Source: Chamaesiphon sp. (GTDB taxonomy: Bacteria > Cyanobacteriota > Cyanobacteriia > Cyanobacteriales > Chamaesiphonaceae). From it: DNA of 64,000 nt. Positions 34,051 to 41,967 of the stretch are shown in pieces. Position 1 is the first letter of the stretch; each line of letters opens with the position of its first letter. Under the pieces are notes generated by a model. That model saw nothing but the letters and a program-made list of their open reading frames with translations. It was not told the origin of the DNA and ran no database searches. A program made the position numbers and the translations under genes. Location: contig CBDFFH010000029.1 in NCBI GenBank assembly GCA_965246715.1, positions 82,687 through 146,686 of the forward strand, written 5' to 3'.

Positions 34051-34298
34051 ACATCAATTCGGGTTAGCATTAGCCTGGAGACTGAAGTCTCGGCTAACAA
34101 TACAAAGTCCGCCTTCGCGGACTAACTAGCTAGTCCGCAAAGGCGGACTTTGTATCACTAGCACCGATTTGCGGAAAGTGCGATCTTGGGGTTTCCCCAA
34201 GTAGAGCACCTTTTCAAGACACAATCGAGTGCGGGACTCAAACGAAGCCAGTATCCTTAACCCGTTGGCGTAGCCTCTCCGGTAGGAGAAACTCACGT
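34051..34298. mobile_element. MITE/REPIN-like element with two nested inserts (34171-34221, 34265-34289)
   Basis: Degenerate TIR; 6-bp direct repeat TAAATA on both sides; alignment to the 21923 copy exposes the inserts. Confidence 0.85.
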
Positions 34299-34326
34299 TA
34301 AATAGAGCATCTCTAGCTAAAAGTTA

Positions 34327-35490
34327 ATGAGCGATAAATCTCCGCGTTGCATCGTTTGTAAGCAGATCTTTGACGATCGACACTGGCATTATCATCAACT
34401 GTGCGCATCCTGTGGGGACTTCAACGATCGCAAGCAACAAGCAACAGCCGATCTCAGTGGCAAAATTGCAGTAGTTACCGGAGCGAGGGTGAATATCGGT
34501 TATGGTGTGTGCCTGCGATTGTTGCGCTCTGGTGCGCGGGTAATTACCACTACGAGATTTCCCCATCACGCAGCCCAAAAATACAGTCAGGAACTTGATT
34601 TTGAACAGTGGCGCGATCGATTGCAAATTTATCCGCTCGATCTGCGCGATTTAGCGAGGGTAGAAGCATTTACGCATTATCTCGATCGCGTTTATCCACA
34701 GCTAGATATTATCGTAAATAATGCCGCGCAAACGATTCGCCGTCCGCCTGCTTATTATCGACATTTAATCGAGTTAGAAGCTCAACCTGTCAGCCAGTTG
34801 GCTCCACAATTACAGCCTTTAATTATCGCTGCTGCCGATCGGATCGAGACGAGCGATTCCGCTGCTAATTTAGCCCCACTTCAACAGCATGACTTAGTTG
34901 CGGGATTATCGCAAATTGCCCTACTACCTGAAGACGATCTCGATCCGGCATTATTTCCGATCGACAAATACGATCGTGATGGTAACCAAATTGACTTACG
35001 ATCGACAAATAGTTGGTTACTCAGAGATGATGAAGTGAGCATCGTCGAATTATTAGAGGTTCATGTTGTCAATGCGATCGCACCATTTGTAATTAATAGT
35101 CGGTTGAAAGCAATGATGAATCGGCATCAAAATAAAGTCGATCGATATATTATCAATGTCTCGTCACAAGAAGGCAGATTTGAAGGAGTCGATAAACCCT
35201 GGCGACATCCACATACGAATATGGCAAAAGCCGCACTCAATCAAATGACCCGCACCTGTGCTAAAGAATATGCCAAACACGGGATCTTTATGAATGCAGT
35301 CGATCCGGGTTGGATTAGTTTTCAACATCCACATCCGATCGCTACCGCAATGCTCGATCGCGGGACGGAACCACCATTTACAATTTTTGATGCCGCAGCG
35401 CGAATTTGCGATCCGATTTGGGTTGGATTAAATACAGGTAATAATCAGTTTGGTAGATTATTTAAAGATTACAAAATTGTCGATTGGTAA
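34327..35490 (+). CDS. Atypical SDR-family oxidoreductase with N-terminal Cys/His (Zn-ribbon-like) motif
   Basis: CIVC...HQLCASC; VTGARVNIG; VNNAAQT; HTNMAKAALN; AVDPGW. Confidence 0.85.
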   Translation: MSDKSPRCIVCKQIFDDRHWHYHQLCASCGDFNDRKQQATADLSGKIAVVTGARVNIGYGVCLRLLRSGARVITTTRFPHHAAQKYSQELDFEQWRDRLQIYPLDLRDLARVEAFTHYLDRVYPQLDIIVNNAAQTIRRPPAYYRHLIELEAQPVSQLAPQLQPLIIAAADRIETSDSAANLAPLQQHDLVAGLSQIALLPEDDLDPALFPIDKYDRDGNQIDLRSTNSWLLRDDEVSIVELLEVHVVNAIAPFVINSRLKAMMNRHQNKVDRYIINVSSQEGRFEGVDKPWRHPHTNMAKAALNQMTRTCAKEYAKHGIFMNAVDPGWISFQHPHPIATAMLDRGTEPPFTIFDAAARICDPIWVGLNTGNNQFGRLFKDYKIVDW

Positions 35491-35508
35491 TCGCAACATT
35501 TTCAAACT

Positions 35509-35571
35509 GTAGGGGCGGGTTTATGCTAGATATATCCGAAACTCATAAATAAGATTAAAACAAACCCGCCC
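35509..35571. repeat. GTAG-type REP doublet
   Basis: GTAGGGGCGGGTTT ... AAACCCGCCC inverted pair between the SDR and LRR genes. Confidence 0.65.
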
Positions 35572-35609
35572 AACCCCACCACCAATTAACAAATATCATA
35601 TAAATTCCA

Positions 35610-37388
35610 ATGACATCAACAGAATTAGAATTAATAATCGATCGAGCCATCCAAGATCGATCGACCCATCTAGATCTTTACCAGAAACAAATATCTAGTC
35701 TACCAGACTCGGTCGGCAATCTTACCGATTTAGTCAGCCTCCGTTTAACTGACAATCGCCTGACGACACTACCTGCAAGTATCGGCAATCTCACCAATTT
35801 GCGCGAGTTGAGATTATATAAAAATCAGCTCAAAATGTTACCGGATAGCATAGCCAATCTCCAGAATTTAACCTGGCTGAGTTTGAGCCTCAATCGACTG
35901 ACTGTATTTCCAGAGAGCATCACCGAGCTAACTAATTTAACAGGGTTGCTGTTGAATGGCAATCAAATGGTAGTATTGCCGCAAAGTATTAGCAAGCTGA
36001 CTAATTTAACCTATCTCGACATCACTGGTAATCCGCTGATGGATCTATCGGTACTGCACCATTTACCAAAATTAAAAACCGTCAAATTTTGGGGTGTAAA
36101 TTTACCGCGTAAATATTGGATCGAGCTAAAATCTCTGTCTTCAGCTTTGCAGTTAGTTAATGGTGCGATCGTCGAATATCAAATTAAACCTGAGAATTTA
36201 AGACGTCTTGGCAAACAGTCACTGATCTGGCTACCTAATAATCTGGATCTATACTTACCGACAGAAGATAGAATAAACGAGAAGATCGATACTCCAGAAT
36301 CACTCAGCTTTTTTGGTAAGGTTGCCAAACAAATGTTTGGAGATATACGTGAAAATTTAGAGAAAAAATTTCCAGAGCACCATCTCCATTTGTCAGGAAA
36401 TCAATTAACTTTACTGCCATCCAATATCGGTAAATTGAATCAGCTAACATGCATAGAATTAAGAAGCAATCAATTAACATTTATTCCAGCAAGTATCGGC
36501 AATCTAACTAATCTTACTCATTTAGACTTACGATGCAATCAATTATCTTTCTTGCCTAGCAGCATCGATAATTTAACCAGTCTCACACATCTGTATCTCG
36601 GTGGTAATCTTTTTGATTCCTTACCAGATGCGATCGGTGAAATGAGCAAACTAACGCACTTGCATGTCAACGCAAATTCATTAACATCATTACCAGAAAG
36701 CTTCGGCAAGCTTTCTGGGTTGATAGAATTAAATATGAGCAATAATAATCTCAGTAGTCTGCCACTGTATCTCGACACGTTGACTAAATTAAAGAAACTA
36801 AATCTATCTAATAATAATCTTACTGAGTTACTCAATAATATTGGAAACTTAGTCGATGTAGTTAGCCTCAATCTAAGTGGCAACCAATTGACAAAGCTAC
36901 CGACAAGTATCAGATTCCTGCGTGAGTTGACGAGTTTAGATTTATTAGGAAACCCACTTACCGATTTATCAATTCTCCAATATTTGCCCAAATTGCAATC
37001 GATACATTTTATGGGGTATTTGCCTCGTCGATATTGGACTAAATTTAGCGAATGGAAATCTGAGTGGTTACTAGACGAAACAAACGCAGCAATAAGACAG
37101 AGATTAATTCAACAAATTGGCTATGAAAGAATTTGTCAGGAATTGGATTCAATGCAGCTCGATACTTGGCGAGAATATACATTACTCAAAATTGATGGAG
37201 TAGAAAGCTCTTATGATTGGCGTAGAAGTAGAACTATTCACGAACCGATGGTATTACTCAAGATGACATGTCCATCTACAGGACATATTCATGTTTTGCG
37301 CGTACCGCCTGACATGACGAGTGCGGAGGCTGCGATTACCTGGGTAAATCATGGCATTCATCCTGATAGATTTATGGTTCAGACGTAA
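35610..37388 (+). CDS. Leucine-rich-repeat protein with C-terminal DUF6745-like domain
   Basis: LxxLxLxxNxLxxLPxSIGNL repeats; C-terminal WLLDETNA...LLKMTCPSTG...LRVPP...AITW. Confidence 0.88.
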   Translation: MTSTELELIIDRAIQDRSTHLDLYQKQISSLPDSVGNLTDLVSLRLTDNRLTTLPASIGNLTNLRELRLYKNQLKMLPDSIANLQNLTWLSLSLNRLTVFPESITELTNLTGLLLNGNQMVVLPQSISKLTNLTYLDITGNPLMDLSVLHHLPKLKTVKFWGVNLPRKYWIELKSLSSALQLVNGAIVEYQIKPENLRRLGKQSLIWLPNNLDLYLPTEDRINEKIDTPESLSFFGKVAKQMFGDIRENLEKKFPEHHLHLSGNQLTLLPSNIGKLNQLTCIELRSNQLTFIPASIGNLTNLTHLDLRCNQLSFLPSSIDNLTSLTHLYLGGNLFDSLPDAIGEMSKLTHLHVNANSLTSLPESFGKLSGLIELNMSNNNLSSLPLYLDTLTKLKKLNLSNNNLTELLNNIGNLVDVVSLNLSGNQLTKLPTSIRFLRELTSLDLLGNPLTDLSILQYLPKLQSIHFMGYLPRRYWTKFSEWKSEWLLDETNAAIRQRLIQQIGYERICQELDSMQLDTWREYTLLKIDGVESSYDWRRSRTIHEPMVLLKMTCPSTGHIHVLRVPPDMTSAEAAITWVNHGIHPDRFMVQT

Positions 37389-37423
37389 GATCTCCAAACC
37401 GTCCTCTGCTAGGATCGATCTGT

Positions 37424-37499
37424 GATGGTATAGCTTAAGTGGTGAAAGCTACTGCCTTCTAAGCAGAATATGATGGCGGTTCGAGTCCGCCTGCTGTCA
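37424..37499 (+). tRNA. tRNA-like element A1, anticodon TCT (Arg); atypical, possibly non-functional
   Basis: Acceptor GATGGTA/TGCTGTC (3 G-U pairs); D arm GCTT-AAGTGGTGA-AAGC; CTGC-CTTCTAA-GCAG; T arm GGCGG-TTCGAGT-CCGCC; no CCA. Confidence 0.7.
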
Positions 37500-37503
37500 C
37501 ACT

Positions 37504-37576
37504 AACAACGTAGTTTAATTGTTAAAAACGCTGTGGAGTATACCCAGTCATGCAGGTGCGATTCCTGCCGTTGTTG
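37504..37576 (+). ncRNA. tRNA-like element B1 with no canonical anticodon loop
   Basis: Acceptor AACAACG/CGTTGTT; D stem GTTT/AAAC; bulged arm CTGTGG-AGTATA-CCCAG; T arm GCAGG-TGCGATT-CCTGC. Confidence 0.7.
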
Positions 37577-37598
37577 TCTTGTGTTAACATGTATCTGT

Positions 37599-37671
37599 GA
37601 GAGCATAGTTAAATTGGTGAAAATACGTCCCTTTCACGGATGCGATGGCGGTTCGAGTCCGCCTGCTGTCA
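37599..37671 (+). tRNA. tRNA-like element A2, anticodon TTC (Glu); atypical, possibly non-functional
   Basis: Acceptor GAGAGCA/TGCTGTC (one G-G mismatch); CGTCC-CTTTCAC-GGATG; T arm and 3' end identical to A1; weak D stem; no CCA. Confidence 0.7.
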
Positions 37672-37675
37672 CACT

Positions 37676-37747
37676 AACAACGTAGTTTAATTGTCAAAAC
37701 GCTGTGGAGTATACCCAGTCATGCAGGTGCAAACCCTGCCGTTGTTA
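37676..37747 (+). ncRNA. tRNA-like element B2 (near copy of B1)
   Basis: Stems identical to B1; differences confined to the D loop and T loop (TGCAAAC). Confidence 0.7.
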
Positions 37748-37878
37748 TTTTTAAATTTTTATTATTACTAAGCAATTGCTGCTTTACATTGAAGCACAGC
37801 TTCGATCTCGTTGAGCTGTCTGCTAGTAAAAACGCCGCTTGTGGGTACCCTGGATTTACTGTTATCACTAGTAATCTA

Positions 37879-38091
37879 ACGTCAGTTCGGGATAAGCATT
37901 AACGATCGATGACTCCTAGCTTCGTTTCTACACCGCCCTCAAATGAATTTGGGGCTAATGGCAAAAGTTCTCTGAAGAGAACTGCTAAATTCCCCAGTTC
38001 GTTTCAACGAACTTTTGCCATTAGCCCGAACTTCTAGTTCAGGGCGGTGCTTGAACGGAGCAAATCAATTTTCCTTATCCCGAACTGACGT
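37879..38091. mobile_element. MITE/REPIN-like element, type CCGCCCTCAAATGAAT
   Basis: Perfect TIR ACGTCAGTTCGGGATAAG/CTTATCCCGAACTGACGT; 7-bp direct repeat TAATCTA on both sides. Confidence 0.9.
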
Positions 38092-38227
38092 TAATCTAAA
38101 CTCGTGCAAGATGTGAGTAAACCAAAAGATATACCTTTAGTAAGAGGGTAAAAATAGGGATCTCTTTGAGAATGGCTAATATTGGCTCAACAGCGCCAAG
38201 ATATTTCCCGCGAATACTGAAATACCG

Positions 38228-38572
38228 ATGAAACTAACGTTACCCGCGCTGCGATCGAGAAACTATCGGCTATTTTTTACCGGACAAGGCATCTCCTTAA
38301 TCGGGACGTGGATGACACAATTGGCAACAATATAGGTAGTCTATCAATTGACAAATTCCGCCTTTATATTAGGTTTGGTGGGATTCATCGGACAAATTCC
38401 GAGTTTAGTGTTGACTCCATTCGGTGGCTCGCTTTCCGAGCGATTCGATCGCCATAATAACTCAAGGATTGGCGATGGTTCAATCGCTTACCCTGGCTGC
38501 TTTTACCCTCACTGGAACGATTAATATTTGGCTGCTATTGGGATTGGGATTTTTGCAAGGAGTCATCAATGC
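38228..38572 (+). pseudogene. MFS transporter pseudogene (5' fragment)
   Basis: MKLTLPALRSRNYRLFFTGQGISLIGTWMTQLATI* (TAG 38333) VVYQLTNSAFILGLVG..., then a frameshift to LAMVQSLTLAAFTLTGTINIW...QGVINA, where it is truncated. Confidence 0.82.
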
Positions 38573-38726
38573 ACTCAGCTAGTCCTCGACAGATCTGTTC
38601 TTGTTCTTCGGCCTGTCTTGCTAATAATATTCCGGCATCTGAACTCAGTTCTAAGTCTGAATATCGGACTACTAACTGCCGCCGATCGTAAAAATTATAG
38701 GGGAGTGGAGAAATACACTCTGTCAT
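38560..38726 (-). mobile_element. IS1380-family transposase N-terminal fragment
   Basis: YSDLELSSDAGILLARQAEE matches the IS1380 'LSSDaG' N-terminus; only about 55 codons remain. Confidence 0.75.
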
Positions 38727-38813
38727 GTCAAAATGAGGATGCTTATTTGTTTGTATATCCTGATTCTACTCAGTTTCAGGCTTTTTATTATCTTCTTTTT
38801 GCACGCCCTTCAG

Positions 38814-39860
38814 CTAATTACTACTATTCTGAATTAATCTAGTTTTAGTTTGAGGCGCGGAAGCTTGAGTCATCCCAGATGTATTCGCCATCTGTAAAAA
38901 GGCATTGAGCGGGCCAAAGTTGGTAGCATGAACGATCGCGGGTGCATCATAACCCTTAAGTTCGACCGAACATTCCTTAAACACGCGATGCTTACCCAAC
39001 AGGGGTGCCAGGTAACGATATGTCGCCGCACCGAGGGCGATTTCAGCATTAAGTTCTTTGGTAATGGCTTCGAGGCGGAATGCAGCATTAACGGTATCGC
39101 CCAAAGCCGTATAGTCGGGTTGATCGCCACTACCAGCATTGCCGATCATCGCATGTCCGGTATTGATCCCCGCACCAATTTTTAATTCAAAGGGTAGTGG
39201 GTAGTGTTGGCTCAATTCCTTGGTCATCTTGTTGAGATCGTCTAGCGCCAAGAGGATATTCATAATCTCTTGCTTGGTGACCGTCTCGCCATTATGAAAC
39301 CACAGTGCCATCAATGCATCACCGATATATTTATCCACCCAACTGCCGCGATTACGAATGATCGCTCCAGCATTACGGAACCAGGTACTCATTACCTCAG
39401 ACAACAGGTTTTCATTTGTCTGACGTGTCAGGATCGTGAAGTTTCGCATATCCACAACCATCACCGACATCAGTTTCCGGAGATGGAGGATCGAGGTGAC
39501 AGTCCCATCGAGGGTGGTTTCTGTATCTAGTGCCAAAGTACCCTCGGTAGCTTTAGGGCAATGAAATTCAAATTCTGTTTGACCGAAGGTGACGGTATCC
39601 CCATCATGAATAGTGACAGGAATATTTACTCGGCGACCGTTAACAAATGTGCCGTTGCTACTGCCGAGGTCGATTAAATAATGATCCCCAGCATCGGTAA
39701 ACTGAATCATCGCATGGTTGCGAGAGATACAACGGTCTTTGACAACAAACTGATTGTCATCACCCCGACCGACAGTCCAGCAGTTGCCATCGTTCAACGA
39801 TAGCTGGCGTTGACCGTTGTCGGTATTTTGGATCAGATAAGGTGAGATTCCCTGGTTCAC
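38814..39860 (-). CDS. FHA domain + class III adenylate/guanylate cyclase (CyaD-like)
   Basis: FHA (VGR...ISRNHA...SSNGT); cyclase (VDMRNFT, KYIGDA, GDTVNAAFRLE). Confidence 0.92.
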   Translation of the reverse strand: MNQGISPYLIQNTDNGQRQLSLNDGNCWTVGRGDDNQFVVKDRCISRNHAMIQFTDAGDHYLIDLGSSNGTFVNGRRVNIPVTIHDGDTVTFGQTEFEFHCPKATEGTLALDTETTLDGTVTSILHLRKLMSVMVVDMRNFTILTRQTNENLLSEVMSTWFRNAGAIIRNRGSWVDKYIGDALMALWFHNGETVTKQEIMNILLALDDLNKMTKELSQHYPLPFELKIGAGINTGHAMIGNAGSGDQPDYTALGDTVNAAFRLEAITKELNAEIALGAATYRYLAPLLGKHRVFKECSVELKGYDAPAIVHATNFGPLNAFLQMANTSGMTQASAPQTKTRLIQNSSN

Positions 39861-39933
39861 GGTTGGATAAAGATATGACGGTGAACTAGTCTATAGATGA
39901 CTGAGCGAGTGCTAGTCGACCGAGCATAATTAT

Positions 39934-40623
39934 TTAGGCACAGCTAGCGACCCACAAAAACAAACTATCAACCACGATCGTAGTCAAAACTGCGCCACTG
40001 AAAGCGTACCAGTGCAATTGTTTTGTCCCTAAAGACATTATACCCACCGCCAATAGCAAATTCACGAGTACCACTGCCCAGGCTGTGCCCCAAGGTGTGC
40101 GAACTTGCGCGATCGCCTGTTGTAATATCGGTGTGGCGAGCGTCGGATCGACGCGCATCAGTTGTTGCCAGTAGTCAACCAAACCAACTTGATAAATATA
40201 TAAATCGGTCAGTGCGGTACCGAGGAGCGATCCGAGGTAAAATAGACCACCGATCTTGCTAAAACCGCGCCAAATACCCCAAATGGCAAAGGGTACCCCG
40301 ATCGATTCGATCGGTAGATGAATCGCTGGCACCCACCTAAACCAGCCCCAATAAATCGCCCCAGCCAACCAGCTCCAACTAAAACCCAACAGCAAATCGC
40401 CCCAAATTTGGCTTTTGGGACGTTGAATCAGGATAAACCCCAGACAAACCCATAGCAAAGAGCTAACAACGCTCAAGACTGGATATTGCCGCACTAGCGG
40501 AGCTTCGATGAATACGGGCGCAGATACCAAGAATGCTGCTGCTGCAAAGACCCCCCAAATTCCTTGAAGTTGCCACCGCCATGCACCGTTAGTCTCGCTG
40601 GAGTTATAGCTAGGGTTGACCAA
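39934..40623 (-). CDS. DUF3120-family cyanobacterial membrane protein
   Basis: PVFIEAPLVR, WLAGAIYWGW and GSLLGTALTDLY. Confidence 0.82.
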   Translation of the reverse strand: MVNPSYNSSETNGAWRWQLQGIWGVFAAAAFLVSAPVFIEAPLVRQYPVLSVVSSLLWVCLGFILIQRPKSQIWGDLLLGFSWSWLAGAIYWGWFRWVPAIHLPIESIGVPFAIWGIWRGFSKIGGLFYLGSLLGTALTDLYIYQVGLVDYWQQLMRVDPTLATPILQQAIAQVRTPWGTAWAVVLVNLLLAVGIMSLGTKQLHWYAFSGAVLTTIVVDSLFLWVASCA

Positions 40624-40968
40624 AATATTATGGATTTTATTGACTTAATGTTTATTTATATAAAGGTATTATATTGGTTATTCGGTTGCAAGGCAAACCA
40701 CCAAGCTATATCTAGTCGGCATTTTAGCAACTAATGGCAGCTACAACCCTTGGTGTAATTATGAGAATAGACTCCTACCTATATTAATATTTGTTGCGTC
40801 GAACCTACTCCAGTGGGAAAATAGACGCAAATTATCGCTCGATAGAATTAATTTTGACTAATGGCTAAGCATAACAGCTAATATAGATCGATTTGACACT
40901 CGGGCCATCGACGGCAACACCAAAACACTACTGCCCGTAAGTTATTTTTACTAATCTCAAAAAATTTT

Positions 40969-41940
40969 ATGACAATGCGATCGCTACTGAGTTCTAAGCT
41001 CCTCAAACCAAGATCCAAGTTGGCTTTTGTACTCTTAATGAGTATCACTACCCTCCTCCTCATTGCTATTCCCAGCGAAGCAAAGCCACCCGCAACCCCA
41101 GTAGCGATTGGCTCCGGGAATGTCTTTCAAGCACTGGTATTGGGGTTGATTCAAGGAATTACTGAATTTTTACCGATCAGTAGTACCGCTCACTTAATTG
41201 TTGCAACCAAGATCTTGGGCTGGGAGCAACTAGGCAGCAAAGATTATGTCGATGCGATTCAGTTCGGTAGCGTCATCGCTGTCTTTATCTATTTTTGGAA
41301 AGATATTACCAGTCTCCTGAAAGGTGGATTGCCAGGAATCGCTCGCCAAGATTGGCAGAATGAAGATGTGAAAATCTTGGCAGGAATTGCGATCGGAACT
41401 TTACCCGCTGGAATCATCGGGTATATTTTCAAGGATGCGATTCCTGAGAGTATTGGCGTAATTGCGATCGCGTCACTGATTATGGCAACGTTACTATTTC
41501 TTGCCGAACGCTATGGTAGTCGCAAACGCGGATTCGATCGATTAGAAATTAAAGATGGTTTGTTGGTAGGATTGGCACAAACGATCGCTTTATTACCTGG
41601 CTGCTCGCGTTCTGGCTCGACTTTAACTGCAGGTTTGTTTATGGGATTAGATAGAGCCACGGCTGCGAGATTTTCATTTTTAGTCGGATTACCAGTCCTG
41701 ACGATGGCAACCCTCTTCAAATCAGTCAAGATTTTCCAAGCTTACAAAGAACATCTCCTCCCTGACAATATTGTCCTGCTACTGGGTGTGGGGATAATTT
41801 CAGCGTTTATTTTTTCTTATCTATCGATCGCGTTTTTACTCAACTATCTCAAAACAAAAGATACAACTATTTTTGTAATCTATCGCTATGCTTTTGGTGC
41901 TAGTTTGTTAGTTGCTTTGGCAATGGGCTGGAAGGTTTAG
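40969..41940 (+). CDS. uppP: Undecaprenyl-diphosphate phosphatase (BacA)
   Basis: QGITEFLPISSTAH and LPGCSRSGST motifs. Confidence 0.95.
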   Translation: MTMRSLLSSKLLKPRSKLAFVLLMSITTLLLIAIPSEAKPPATPVAIGSGNVFQALVLGLIQGITEFLPISSTAHLIVATKILGWEQLGSKDYVDAIQFGSVIAVFIYFWKDITSLLKGGLPGIARQDWQNEDVKILAGIAIGTLPAGIIGYIFKDAIPESIGVIAIASLIMATLLFLAERYGSRKRGFDRLEIKDGLLVGLAQTIALLPGCSRSGSTLTAGLFMGLDRATAARFSFLVGLPVLTMATLFKSVKIFQAYKEHLLPDNIVLLLGVGIISAFIFSYLSIAFLLNYLKTKDTTIFVIYRYAFGASLLVALAMGWKV

Positions 41941-41967
41941 AGATGTCAGCGATCTCAGTTATAATTT

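Noticed and set aside
37472..37530. Permuted YrlA-type Y RNA spanning the A-B junction
   Set aside because: The A 3' strand pairs poorly with the B 5' strand, each unit closes better with its own ends, and no Ro/TROVE gene is in the window; an Rfam search should still confirm
37418..37747. CRISPR array interpretation of the repeated segments
   Set aside because: Only two long units that fold as cloverleaves; no constant repeat/unique spacer periodicity and no cas genes
40690..40830. c-di-GMP-I riboswitch suggested by GGCAAACC and a later GACGCAAA
   Set aside because: Spacing and pairing do not fit the aptamer
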